A stretch of 64,000 nt of DNA from Yuukianura sp. NJ FZ-2021. Lineage: Eukaryota. The stretch spans positions 62,001 to 126,000 of the forward strand of contig JAJCTO010000018.1 of NCBI GenBank assembly GCA_046563655.1. Reading direction: 5' to 3'. The notes beneath the pieces were generated by a model. The model worked only from the letters and a program-made list of their open reading frames with translations, did no database searches and was not told the origin of the DNA. The translations under genes were made by a program, and so were the position numbers. Shown piece by piece: positions 49,987-63,130 of the stretch (position 1 is its first letter; each line of letters starts with the position of its first letter).

Positions 49987-52594
49987 CTAAGAAGACTCCT
50001 GTTTGACCTCTGACTTCATCTCGTGTTTAACTTCGTCCTTGATGATTCTCGGCTTGACGTCAGTGGGCTCGTCCTTCTTCACCTTCTTGATTAGCCTATC
50101 CCTGGCAAAGTCACCTTTGCCCTTCTTCTTCCTCTTCTTACTGTTACACCCAGCCAAACTACTGCCAGCATCTTCAAATCCAAAATCCCAAGTACCCTCA
50201 TCATCACTCGATAATACCTAAGCTGCTCAGCGGTTTTCGTTATAGTTAATCCCCGTATTGCCCGGTATATGTACACGTCTTATGCAACTTGGCATCACAA
50301 GGAAGCTGAAAGAGTAAAAAAACTTTTATTATTGAAATTTTCAAAATTTCGAAAAAAAAAAAATAATAATTGTATAATTTACATGAAATTGGCGAGATTC
50401 TCGATCCGGATGAAACAAGTCCAGGTCCTTCAATTTGCAAATCTCCCGCTTCAGGAACTTTTCGTGCAGCGGGTATCGCCAGAACACGATTCTACAATGT
50501 TCATCAAAATTTTGATTTGGATGTTTATGCGAAATTTTGTTGTTCACTGAAATTCTCGTCGGTTTTTTTCGAAGATGTTCTAAAATCAGCTTCTTGAGTC
50601 CCGTCAAATGTTCAATTCCATACTTGTCTGTGTCCAAATAGAAAGCCCCTTTGTCTCGAATGAATTCTTGAAAAACGTCGTTGATTTCGTTTTCTAGTTC
50701 CAGGAGCTTGGTGAGGCTGTAGTCGTCTCTGATTGGTGAATGGTCTCGCTTAGGAAACAAAGCATCTTCCAGCATCCCTCTGCAATGACATGCTGTTTTC
50801 AAAAGTAATGTTTCCAAGGAAGAATTCGCCATGCCATGGCAAAAAGTGTCGGTGACATATAGCTGTTGGGTACTTCATGGTGATTCGGTTCAACGCGGGA
50901 AACATTTTACGAATGTTAAGCATAAAGAATTAATCCTGAATGAAGTGTGGCAGGCGCAAGTCACGCACGAACTTGAATTCGTGCAATTCGGAGTTAAAAA
51001 GTTCTGGAGACGTTGGAATTTGCAGTGTTACGGTCCAATTGCTACCAATATGAAGTGTTTTCAACTTCGGCAACATCGATGGCTGTGTTCTGTCGGTATG
51101 AATGGAGTTTCCGGGGAACAAAGTTTCCAGCGTTGGAATTGCAGAAAATGAAATTTCTATGTCAATTTTTCCACCTTTGTCCAGAGAAATGGCATCGTCA
51201 TCATCTTGTCCATTTCGGTCACCATTAATACTGCTCCTCCTCCTTCCGGTTGCGTCGTCGCTTTCACTATCATCGCTGTCATGTTCGTAGTCATCAGAAT
51301 CCACGAATCTTTCAGTTTCTTGTACTTCATATACACTTCCCACGTTAAATGTCATGAGTTGAGCCATCTTCGGAACATGAAACTTCACTTGCTTGTCGCC
51401 TTGTCGGCCATGTCCACTCGCAAGTTTTCAGCAATCGTGAGGTTTCGGATAGTTAGGTTAGGTTAGGTAGCAAATTTTGACAAGAGCGATGTCAGATCCA
51501 TCGCCTTCACATCCTGCAGTATCCCGCAGTTTAACTCGAACTTGTTAATGCAGTAAGATTCAAATTGGCAATCGACTGGATTTGCTTGCGATGCAGTGCG
51601 AGTTCTTCTTCGTCATCTTCATCATCGTTGGAATCGATTTTCTGAATAGTCAAGAGTTTCAGATTTCCTAAATTGGGAGCAGAGCTGATTCCATTAAGGA
51701 GCAGATACACTTCTTCGAGAGTTGAATAAGTGTAGACCAAATGTTCCAGAGTTTTTGGGAGGCTAGCCAGTAAACAACCGAGGTTTGTTACATTCTTCAT
51801 AAAATTATTGTTTGCGGTCAGCCCAACTTCCACAAGCTTCGTACGTGCAGGGGAAGTAATTTTTCACATAGAGTTCCCCTCCGCTTCATTTTCTTCGTCA
51901 CGTGACTCCGGAATCACAAATACTTCCAAGTCCTTCAGCGGGGTCACAATCCTTTACAAGAATTTCACGCTGATTGCTTCTATGTTGATTGTCTTGATTT
52001 ATTGTCGATTTGCATCGCAAAACCGAGTACTAAATTGTTGCAAGTTAATGGGGGTTGGTCGAGCCAGCAAAATGAACTGTAGTAACTTAGGAGCCAAGCG
52101 CTTTCGGTTAGGATTTCCGTTGAAAAACGAAGTAGGGCCGTAAATGACTTTGATTGAGCCCTTCTGCTCCGCTTTCGTTTTTATTTTCCTTGCACCGTCT
52201 TCGTCATCAACATCCTCCAAATAAATAGAACATTTCGCTTACTACAATCAGCTGGGCCACAATGAGTCACATGCAAGCGTTGTATTGCATTAGTTTTTCC
52301 TACTACCTTATGCATTACACTGCACACTTTGACATTACCTCAGTCGTATTTTTTTCGGTACAGAGCTTCGGGTCCAATGTCGCCGTCCAATTTGTACCTA
52401 GATTGGCGAATTCTGCTGCGATGGACCCTGGTCAGGTTAGAGTTCATCGTCTGACAAGTCTACACTCTACAGCTTCCACAAAATTTTCTGATGTTCGTTC
52501 CTGCTTCAGTATTATAACGCCGTCGTCATCGTTGGTATCTCCTTTGGCAAACGATGTCAGTATCCCAAGACATTCCTGCTGCCGCTCGTGACAT
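49987..52594 (-). pseudogene. LRR-like tandem family copy 4 (divergent subtype)
   Basis: Homologous ORF fragments. Insertion of about 200 bp at 50210-50410 and a TTAGG tract at about 51452-51468. Confidence 0.75.
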
Positions 52595-52793
52595 TGTGCT
52601 AAATGCTGATGGAAGCTCTAGGAAGTCGGTGTTCAAACAAAACCAAGCAACAGCGGCATGGTTAAAGTACAACATACAAAACAATGGCAATTGTCATAAA
52701 TAAACCTGGGTTGCAAAATTACATGAGTCGGAGGTGCAATTACCATTTCATGTTTCATTTTCCAAATTTTAATCGCCAGGCCTTACCCTAACC

Positions 52794-53700
52794 GCAGAGA
52801 CAGTTCTTCTTTGTGTTCATCATCATCACTATCGTTCGATTCGGTTTTCTCAATAGTCAAGATTTTCAGACTTTTCAATTTCTGGAGAAGAAATGATTCA
52901 ATTGAGGAGCTGCTCGACTTCTTGGAGACTTGAATACGTGTAGGCAAAATGGTCTACAGTTTTCGGTAGGCTGACCAGTAAGCCGCCACCGAGGTTTGTT
53001 GTGTTCTTGAAAAATGCTTGTTTCCGGTTAACACAACTTTCACAAGCTTCATACGTGCTGGGAAAGTGAATTTTGAGCTAGAGTTATCCTCCGCTTCACC
53101 GCGTTTTGTTCAAGTGACTCTGGAATCACCAACGCTCCCAATTCCTTCCGCCGGGTGGCTATCTCCTTCAAGAATTCGAAGTTGATTGCATCTACGTTGA
53201 TTGTCTTGAATTTTTTTCGATTAGTATCAGAAGCGAGTTAATTGAGGCAAGTTAATCGGTCTCGATCCAGCAAAATGAGCTGTAGTAACTGTGGAGCCAT
53301 ACTTTCGGTTAGGATTTCCGTTGAAAAGCGAATGCCATAAATGACTTTGATTGAGCCCTTCTGCTCCGCTTTCGTTTTTTCTTTGCTTGCACCGTCTTCG
53401 TCATCAATATCCTGTAAATAAATAGAACCTTTAATTTTACACAATCAGCTGGTTCACATACTAGCGTTCGCTTACATCAGTTTTTACTGCTACCTTGTGC
53501 ATTACATTGTACACATTGACTCAGGCGTAATTTCTTTCGGTATAGAGTTTCGTGTGAAATGTCGCGGTGCAATTTGTACCAAGGTGGGCGAATCCTGCTG
53601 TGATGGACCCTGGTCACGGTAGGGTTCATCAGTATCGTCGCGCAAGTCTACAGCTTCTACAAGTTTCGGTATTACAAGGTCGACGTTGTCGCTGGTATTT
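52794..53700 (-). pseudogene. LRR-like tandem family copy 5 (partial)
   Basis: Only the 5' portion is present, truncated at both ends. Confidence 0.7.
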
Positions 53701-53709
53701 TGCAAGATG

Positions 53710-56224
53710 TGCTAAAATCAGCTTCTTCAGCCCCATTAGGTGCTCAATGCCATACTCCCGTCTGCGCAGAATGGCATCATCGATGGTCGTCTGTATCCAA
53801 ATGGGAAGTTCGATTCCTTTGTCTCGAATGAACTCTTGAAAAACGTCGTTGTTTCTGTTTTCTAGTTCCAGGAGCTTAGTGAGGCTTTATGCTGGATTCA
53901 CATTACAAAGCAACTCGCAGACTTTATGCTAGTTGCAAGTTGTCACAGTTTTCTGCTTTATGCGAGTTGCGTGTTCACACTGGGCCTTTTCTCGAGGCCC
54001 GAATGATAAGGAAAGTCGCGGGCAGACGCTTCAAAGGAGGCACATCAAAAGTCGCCTTTATATGTGAACGCTTTCACTTCGGGCATAGGGGAAGACATGC
54101 AGTTTCTGCCTTACAGCTTCGTTTGACGAAGCTCACAAAATCTTGTCTGCGCAGCACTTTTGGAGCAGATTTTCTGCCACATTTTTGTGAGTGTAAGCAG
54201 CAGCCACAACTCCTTTCCGCAGAAAAAGCCCGTAACTTTTGCTAAAATTTTCTGCACATTCCAATCTCTAGTGTGTGCATTAGGATGTTGCGTGTGTTAG
54301 GTTGCAATCTCGAGTTGCGGTGTAATGGGAATCCAGCATTAGTCGTCTCTGATTGGCAGATGGTCTCGCTTAGGAAACAAAGCATCTTCCAGCGTTCCTA
54401 TGAAGTCATACGCTGTTTTCAAACGTAAGGTTTCACAGGAACAATTCACTTATGTAATGAAAAAAGTATCGTAGACATTCCTCAGTTGGATACTTCATGG
54501 TAATTCGTTTCAACGCGGGAAACATTTTACTAATGTTAAGCATAAACAATTGGTCTTGAATGGTATGAGGAAGTCTGAGGTTACGAACGAAATTGAATTT
54601 GTAAAATTCGGAGTTAAAAACTTCTGGAGACGTAGGTATTTGCATTGTCTGTCCAGTTGCTGCAAATATGAAGTGTCTTTAACTTTGGGAACTGCGATAG
54701 CTGGATCCTGTCGATATGATTTGAATTCCCGAGACATCCGAGAGACAAGCTTTTCAGAGTTGGAGTTGCACAAAATGAAATGTTTATGTCGGTCGTTCCT
54801 ACTTTGTCCAAGGAAATGACGTGGCCATATTGCACTACATTTTGTGCACCAACATGTCCCCTGGCTAAGTCGTCGTCGCTGCCACTACCGCGGTCGTCTT
54901 CATAGTCGTCTGATTCGATGAATCTTTCAGTTTCTTGGAGTTCATTCCCACTTCCATTTCCTATGTGAAAAGTCCTCACTTGAGCCATCTTCGGGACATG
55001 ACATTTGACTTGGTTGTCGGCTATGCCCACTCCTTGCCAGTTTCCCGCGATAGTAAAATGTCGCAGAGTTGGAGAAAATTTTGATAACGTCGATGTCAGA
55101 TCCATTGCGTATCTTCCCATATCCCGCATTTTAATTCTAACCTTGCTAACGCGGGAAGATTCACATTGGTGATCGATAGAATTTGTTTGCGATGCAGTGC
55201 AAGTTCTTCTTTGTCGTCTTAAACGTTTCACTCGATTTTCTAAATAGTTAGAAGCTTCATATTCTTCAAATTCTGAGAAGAATTGATTCCATTGAGGAGC
55301 TGATTGACTTATTGGAGATTTGAGAAAGTGTAGTGTACACCAATTGGTCTAGACTTTTTGGGAGGCTAGCCCAAGGTGGGTAAACAAACAAAGGCTACAC
55401 CAGGTTATTCAGTAAGCAACAGGTTTGTTGCGTTCTTCAGAAAGTTATTGGTTCCGTTAAGCACAACTTTCACAAACTTCGTATGTGCAGGGAAAGTGAA
55501 TTTTGAGCTAGGGTTATCCTCCACTTCATCGTTTTGGTCACGTGGCTCTGGAATCACCAAAACTTCCAATTCCTTCAGCCGGGTCGCAATCTCCTTTAAC
55601 ATTTGGAAGTTGATTGCTTCTACGTTGATTGTCTTTATTTTTTTTTTGATTAGCATCTCACAAGCGAATAAATTGAGGCAGATAGATCGGTCTCCATCCA
55701 GGAAAATGAACAGTAGTAACGTTGGAGCCAATTTTTCGCTTACGATTCCCTTTGAAAAACGAACTTAAGCTGGAAATGACTTTGACGGAGCGCTTTTGTT
55801 CCGCTTTCGCTTTTCCTTTGCTTGCACCGTCTTCGTCATCACTAACCTGTAAATAATAGAACATTTCATTTTCCACAATCAGCTGGGTCACATACAAGCG
55901 TTATATTGCATTAGTGTTTCCCACTTTACGCATACATTGTACACATTGAAATTACCTCAACCGAGATCTTTTTCGGTATAGAACTTCGGGTGAAACCCGA
56001 ATTCGGGCGGTCCATTCTGTACTGCGGTTCGCGAATCCTGCTGTGATGGACTCTGCTCACCACCGGGTTCATCAGCATCGTCGGACAAGTCTACAGCTTC
56101 TACAGCAGTTTCCGGTTGTTGTTCTTGCTTCACTATTACGACGTCGTCCTCATCGCTGGTATCTGCCTGGCGACCGTTGTCGGTATTCGAAGACGTTCCT
56201 GCTCCCTGCTGTCGGTGGTGACAT
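53710..56224 (-). pseudogene. LRR-like tandem family copy 6 (3' truncated, MITE-disrupted)
   Basis: ORF fragments at 54433-55897, interrupted by the element at 53890-54338. Confidence 0.75.
53890..54338. mobile_element. PIF/Harbinger-type MITE
   Basis: TIRs tgctggattc(a/c)cattaca..gcaactcg with a TTA TSD at 53887-53889 and 54339-54341. The empty site gaggctgtagtcgtctc is seen in the paralog at about 50713. Confidence 0.9.
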
Positions 56225-57189
56225 TGTGTTGAATGCTGATGGCAGCTCTAGGAACACGAAGTCGGTGTTCCAACAACAAAAAAACAAAAGCGACATGGTA
56301 GAAAATACTAAGCAATGGCAATTGCAATAATCTGGGGTTACAAAATTGCATGAGTCGGAGGGCCAATTGCCATTTCATGTTTCATTTTTTTCAATTTTTA
56401 TCGCCATTCTAACTTCTCAAGTTTTGCATTTCTCAATTTGCAGAGGTTTTCTATCCTTTACACTACGTATATGTTGCAGGGTCAGCAAAATGATTCTGAC
56501 TGACGTTTCAAATTTATGAAATTTATGGCTGGCGTTTTATTGACGCTTTATGACGCGATTCCTTGTCACAACACGGCATTTTCTTGAAATTCAAAATTTT
56601 TTCACATTTTCTACTATTTCGAATGCAACTTTCGAAATTTTTTCCCAAGAGGTTCTGCCGCTTCTGACTTACATCAAAATGTTGCCATGAACGATGAGAT
56701 TACGTTTTGCTGAATTTCCTTGGGGCGTTCATCTGAAATTTAAAATCCTGAGCAGTTGAAGTTGGACTGCATGAATTTTTTGAATTTGACATTGTGAAAT
56801 GCACGGACAGGTCCCGACGCTGAAGCCGACAAGGAACGTGCTGAATGAAACAACAATCGAAGTTCCGCCAGCACATGCTGCGCCAGTAGCCAAGGAAGTT
56901 GTCACTTGCAAAACTCTAAATTACCTGAAATCTAAACTAAAATTTTGCGCTTACCATCACACAAATTGAATTTAATTAAAAATAAAGAACATGTCAAGGT
57001 CAACATTGCCAATTTCCTATTCAAAACTCCAAATTCTATTGAGCAATTAATCTTCTTCGAAAAATTACACTGGAAAAGGGAAAACTACGTTTAAATTCCC
57101 CAAAATTAAATCTCCATACATTACTTTGTCACACCCTAACATTTGTTTTGAATAATCACGTTAGGTTTGACCAAGGCTCCTTTTTTACC

Positions 57190-59973
57190 CTTATGGCTCC
57201 TGTTTGACATCCCTCTTCACCTCATGTCTAACTTTGTTCCCAAATCATCGCTTGACGTGGAACTCAAGCGGGCTCCTCCGTCTTGACTTTCTTGATTTGT
57301 CTGTCCCTGGCAAAGTTGCGTTTTACCCTCTTCTTACTGTTGGATTCAGCCACAGTACTGCCAGCATCTTCAAAGGCATCTCCGGCCTTGCGCTTCCCCT
57401 CCTTACTCCTGGATCCTATTGGTTCCAATTTAAAATACCGATCCAACAACTTGTCGTCAAACTTGTACTTCCAGAATCCGATTCTGCAATGTTGATCAAA
57501 TGTTTGCTATGGATGTTTATGTGAAACTTTATTTAACGGAATTTTGGCCGGTTTCTTGTTTAGATTTTCCAGACTCATCATCTTGAGCCCTCTCAAGTGC
57601 TCCAATGCCATACTCCCGTCCGTGCAGAATGTCATGATCGATGATCAACTCTGCCGTCTGCCCAAATGGCAACTTCAATTACTTTGTCACGAATGAATTC
57701 CTCTAAAACGTCTTGGTTTTGAGCGTTTTTTAGTTCCAGGAGTTTAATGAGACTGTACTCGTCTCCGATAAGTGGAAGGTAACGTTGAGGAAACAGAGCA
57801 TCTTCCAGCATCCCATGGACATCAAATGTTGTTTTCAAGTGTAGTGTTTCCACGAAATAATTGGCTATGCCATGAAAAAAGTATCGGATACATTTTGCAG
57901 TTGGGTACTTCATGGTGATTCGGTTCAAAGCGGGAAACATTTTACGAATGTTAAGCATAAAGAATTGGTCTTCAACACTGGTGCTAATTGAGTGAGCGCC
58001 GCTCGAGCGCGAGCGGTCAGCTGTTCCAGAAATTTTCACCGCTCCGCTCCCGCCCGCTCCCTCGTCCGCATCGCTCCCGCTCCGCTCAGAGCGGTCATAA
58101 AACTTTAACGACCGCCCGCTCCCGCTCTCTCATGTGTTAACATAGGAGCGGGCGGAGCGAAGAGCGCCGCTCTTCACCAATTTTTGGCTTCGTTGCGCTC
58201 CCGCCCGCTCTTTCGGAAAATTTTTGTGCACCGCTCCGCTCCGCTCTCCGAGCGAAGAGCGGAGCGGTCACCGCTCTTCTAAAGAGCGATCGCTCTCAAA
58301 AGAGCGGCGCTCTCTCAATTAGCACCAGTGGTCTTGAATGAAATCAGGAAGCCGGAGGTCACGAACGAACTTGAATTCGTGTAATTCGGAGTTATATGCT
58401 TCCGGAAAAGTTGGGATTTGAATTGTCACGGTCCAGTTACTGCGAATATGAAGCGTCTTCAACTTTGGAAACATGGATGGTTGGATTCTGTCGATACGAA
58501 TTGAGTTTCCGATAGACAAACGTTTCAGAGTTGGAATTGTAGCGAATGAAATTTCTATGTCAGTCGTTCCTGCTTTATGCAGAGAAATGACCTGGTAGTC
58601 TTGTCCATTTTGTGCACCGTCGTCGTCGTCGCTGTCACTACCGCTGTCGTCTTCATAGTCATCAGATTCGATGAATGTTTCAGTTTCAGTTTCTTGGACT
58701 TCATCCACACTTCCATTTCCCATGTTAAAAGTCCTCAATTGGGCCATCTTCGGGACATGAAATTTGACTTTGTTGTCGGCCAAGTCCACTCCTTGCCCGT
58801 TTCCGGCAATCGTGAAGTGTCGCAGAGTTGGAGCAAATTTTGGCAAGAGAGTAGTCAAATCCATTGCCTTCACATCCTCCCACATGCCGCACTTTAATTC
58901 TAAACTTGCTAATGCTGAAAGACTCAAATCCACAATCGACAGAACTTGTTTACGATGCAGTGCAAGTTCTTCTTTGTCGTCTTCATCCTTCGACTCGATC
59001 TTCTGAATAGTCAAGAGTTTTAGATTTTTCAAATTCGGAAAAGAATTGATTCCATTGAGCAGCTGATCGACTTCTTGAAGGCTTGAGTAAGTGTACACCA
59101 AATGGTTGAGCGTTTTCGGCAGGTTGGCCAGCAAGCAACTGAGGTTTGTGGTGTTCTTCAGAAAATTATTGTTTCCATTAAGCACAACTTTCACAAGCTT
59201 CATACCTTCAGCGAAAGTCAATTTTGAGCAAGAGTTCTCCTCCGTTTCATCGTTTTGGTCACGTGACTCTGGAATCACCAACACTTTTAATTCCTTCAGC
59301 CGGGTCGCAATCTCCTTCAAGATTTGGAATTTGATTGCTTCTCTTGTCTTGATTTTTTGTCGATTATTATCGCAGAAGCGAATAAATCGGGACAAGTTAA
59401 TCGGTCTCGATCCAGGAAAATGAACTGCAGTAGTAACCTTGGAGCCAAGTTTTCGGTTACGATTCCCGTTGAAAAACGAACTAAGGCTGTAACTGACTTT
59501 GACTGAGCCCTTCTGTTCCGCTTTTTCTTTACTTGCACCGTCTTCGTCATCACCATCCTGTAAATAACAGAACATTTCATTTTCCACAATCAGCTGGGTC
59601 ACATACAAGAGTTGTTATTGCATTAGTTTCTCCTTCCTTAGTAATATGTACTAGGTACAATGTATGCGTAACGGATCCTTACGCATACATTGTACCTACA
59701 TATTGCCATTACCTCAGGCGAAATTGTTTTCGGTATAGAGCTTCGGGTGAAACGTCGCGGTACAATTTGTATCGGGGTGGGCGAATCCCGCAGCGGTGGA
59801 CCCTGGTCACGGCCGGGTTCATCACCATAAGTATCGTCGGACAAGTCTACAGCTTCTACAGCAGTTTCCGGTTTTTGTTGCTGCTTCAGTATTACAACGT
59901 CGCCGTTATCGCTGTTATCTGCTTGGCGAACATTGTGAGTATTCGAAGACGTTCCTGCTGCCGGTCGTGACAT
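57190..59973 (-). pseudogene. LRR-like tandem family copy 7 (best preserved)
   Basis: Exon 1 at 59973-59713 (MSRPAAGTSS..ISPE), intron to 59558, then a long exon 2 broken by the MITE at 57976-58330 and a frameshift near 57650. Confidence 0.8.
57976..58330. mobile_element. hAT-type MITE
   Basis: 29-bp TIRs cactggtgctaattgag(t/a)gagcgccgctc. 8-bp TSD gtcttcaa/gtcttgaa. The empty site aattggtcttgaatgaaatc is present in paralogs. ccgctc subterminal repeats. Confidence 0.92.
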
Positions 59974-60504
59974 TGGGCTGAATGCTGGCTGATGGAAGCT
60001 CTAAGGAGTCGGTGTTCAAACAAAAACAAACAAAACCGGCATGGTACACGTACAAACTACAATGGCAATTGCAACAAACCAACCGGGGTACATGAGTCGG
60101 AGGGCCAATTGCCATCTCATGTTACATTTTGTCAATTTTTATCCCCATTGTAACTGTTCAAGTTTTGCATTTCTCAATTGCATGGTTTTGTGTTTTGTAC
60201 ACGCCGTAAGTTGCAGGGTCGGCAAAATGATTGTGACTGACGTTTCATGTTTATGACTGGCGTTTTATTAACGTTTTTTTATAAAGCGACCCTTTGTCAC
60301 AACACGGCATTTTCTTGAAATGCAAGAATTTTTGGTTACATTATCGTTTCAGGGGCAGTGAAAAATTTTTTTTGGTCAAAATTTTCGAAAAATTTTTTTT
60401 TCGATTTTTTCACTTTGTATCATGTTTCAAACGTTTTTAGAACGTTTAGAGCAAAAAATTTTTCCTGACCCCAAGGGTCCCCCTTTCCCATTTTTTTGAG
60501 AATC

Positions 60505-61358
60505 GGGATGTTTATGTGAAATTTTGGTATTCAACGGAATTTTGACCGGTTTCTTGCGGAGATATTCCAGATTCACGTTCTTGAGCCCTCTCAAGTGCTC
60601 CAATGCCATACTCCCGTCCGTGCAGAATGTCATGATCGATGATCAACTCTGCCGTCTGCCCAAATGGCAACTTCAATTACTTTGTCCCGAATGAATTCTA
60701 GAAAAACGTCCTCGTTGTTTTCGGCGATGTTTAGTTCCAGGAGTTTAGTGAGACTGCAGTCGTCTCCGATTAGTAGAAGGTATCGGTGAGGAAACAGAGC
60801 ATCTACTAGCATCCCTTTGAAGTGAAATGCTGTTTTCAAGTGTAGTGTTTCCAGGTGAGAATTGGCCATGCCATGAAAAAAGTATCGAAGACATTTCGCA
60901 GTTGGGTACTTCATGTTTTTCGTTTTAAGGCGGGAAACCATTTTATGAATGTTAAGCATTACAAATTGGTCTTTCTTGAATGAAATCAGGAAGCCGGAGG
61001 TCACGAACGAACTTGAATTCGTGCAGTTAAATGCTTAAGGAGACGTTAGAATTTGCATTGTCAGTGTCCAGTTGCTGCGAATATGAAGTGTCTTTAACTT
61101 CGGGAACATCGATGGCTGGATCCTCTCGACGTGAATTGAATTTCACGTGAAACAAAGTTTTCAGAGTTAGAATTGAAGAAAATTAAATTTCTATTTCAGT
61201 CGTTCCTATTTTGTCCAAGGAGATAACCTAGCGATCTTGTACCTTTTCTTCGCCATGTCCCCCGGCTGAGTCGTCGACGCTGTAACTACCGCAACCTTCA
61301 TAGTCGTCTGATTCGACGAATCCTTCAGTTTCTTGCACTTCATACACGCTTCCATTTT
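60505..61358 (-). pseudogene. LRR-like tandem family copy 8 (internal fragment)
   Basis: Homologous to the 3' half of exon 2, truncated at both ends. Confidence 0.7.
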
Positions 61359-61520
61359 CCTCCATCTCCCCAAAATCACTCTCAAAACAATACTTTTAGT
61401 AGGAAGTATTTATAAATATTCAATCGTCATTAATTGAACAAATAACACTATTGAATATTTACAACATTCCAACTTACACCAACTTAACAAGTTACAAAAG
61501 TGGAATAATTCCAGTCTGGA

Positions 61521-63110
61521 TTAGAAACAGTCTTTGAAAATGTGGACTTTGGCTTGCCTGTACTGGAGACTCTTGGAACAATCCCTCAGCAGAACAACGT
61601 CCTTCCTCTTCCAGCAGTTGACCTTGTGCAGAAAGTGGGCGAGTCCAGCGTAGGTGACATAGCCAAGGGCTCTCCCCTTCCCCCCGCGCAGTCCCTCCCC
61701 ACCAAGCGTCACAAATCCAATGGGGGTTCTGGTCATACTGTCCAGAGCAGCTCCAGGATCCACCTCACACAATGACTGGATCTCCTCGTTGAATTCACGA
61801 ACGAAGGGAGTGGAGTCATAGTGTCCAACCTCTGCCGCTCCCTCTGCTTGTTTCCGCAGTTTGCGGCGCTTCTTGCGCAGAAAGGCCAAGTCCTTCTGAT
61901 GCTTTTGTCGAAGTTCCTTTCTCTTCCGTCCAAGGTTGTGACAGGGGCTGGGGGGCTCTGTCGTCTCACTCCGCTTGTCACCAACATCACTCTCATCTAC
62001 AACAACACAAAATTAAACAACATTTGACCTCAATTTTTGGCTACTCTGTCACTCAATGATAATTAAACTGCGTAATCCTCAATGTAAAATGGGTGTTGAG
62101 TAAAAGGAGAGTGGCGTACCTGGAATGGAGATGACAGACAAGGGTGCTGGTCTCCCTTTGCCCACCATTTTGAGTTCAACTCCAATCAAGCACCGATCAG
62201 CATTAGGAATGGAAATGTACTTGAAGTGCTGCGACTCCTTGACTGCTGGGCATTTCTTCAGTTGAGCATCCAACAGAGCCAGAAGAGCACAGTTTCTGAG
62301 GACGAAGAAACCACAAGAGTGGGATGGTTGAAAATCGGCGGATTCCGTCACTGTAGGCGGGAGAGTGACAGCATTTCGCCTCAGCAGAACATCCCAGTCG
62401 ATGCGGAAGGGAAAAGCACACTTGAGCAGCACCAAATTAGGCCGCTTCGCTGGAGGATACCTAAACAAACATTAATTTTCATGTTAACAAACCGATTAAA
62501 TAAAGTACAAATACAAAGAAATAAATAAAGTTACACTCTTTGTAATCCTCTTTGAGTTTAGCTCAACGACGGAAATACTGTACCTGAAGTACGTTTCTTT
62601 AGCTTTGTCTCCCTGGAGCTGTGCTTCCGTTTGACCAAAGAGTGAGTCTGGTTGAGGGAGATGAGCAGAATGAACAGAACCAAACTCCAACACATGATTA
62701 TCAGCATCTCGAAGTCCAAATGGCCGAACACATCTGATGGACAACATCAAGGAAATCATAAAGTGGAATGTATAGAATTAATTCTTAATTAATTGTTGTT
62801 AATTAATTGATGTCGAATGTGTTGAAGTGAGGTGATACCTGTATGAGAGAGCAATCCAGAAGGCGAGTGTCCATCCTCGTGGCACAATCAAGTCCCACCC
62901 ATTCCCCTCTTCCTTGATCAAAACAATAGGCACTTGGTTTTCATCCTCCCCAAGGTCCAGTTCGGATCCTGTAAAAGTCATTGGACTTCAAGTCAAACAT
63001 TCATTCTACATGTTCAAATGTTCATTTTTGTACCTGGAATGAGGAGTTGAGCTCTGCGTCTGCTTAGCTCAACGTCGCTCATCTTCTCTCCCAAAATACG
63101 CTCTCTGACG
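61521..63110 (-). pseudogene. POP1: RNase P/MRP subunit POP1, C-terminal half only (5'-truncated)
   Basis: Spliced KMSDVELSRRRAQLLIP|GSELDLG..VPIVLI..GWDLIVPRGWTLAFWIALSYR|..YFR|YPPAKRPN..PFRIDW.. and the C-terminal IGFVTLG..GRALGYV..VLLR..SLQYRQAKV match POP1. The frame is closed by TAA and TTAGG repeats immediately upstream of 63110. Confidence 0.85.
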
Positions 63111-63130
63111 GGTTAGGTCTCTAACCTAAC

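Noticed and set aside
53889..54245. 118-aa ORF as a possible transposase
   Set aside because: It lies in a 449-bp MITE and has no DDE or other transposase motifs.
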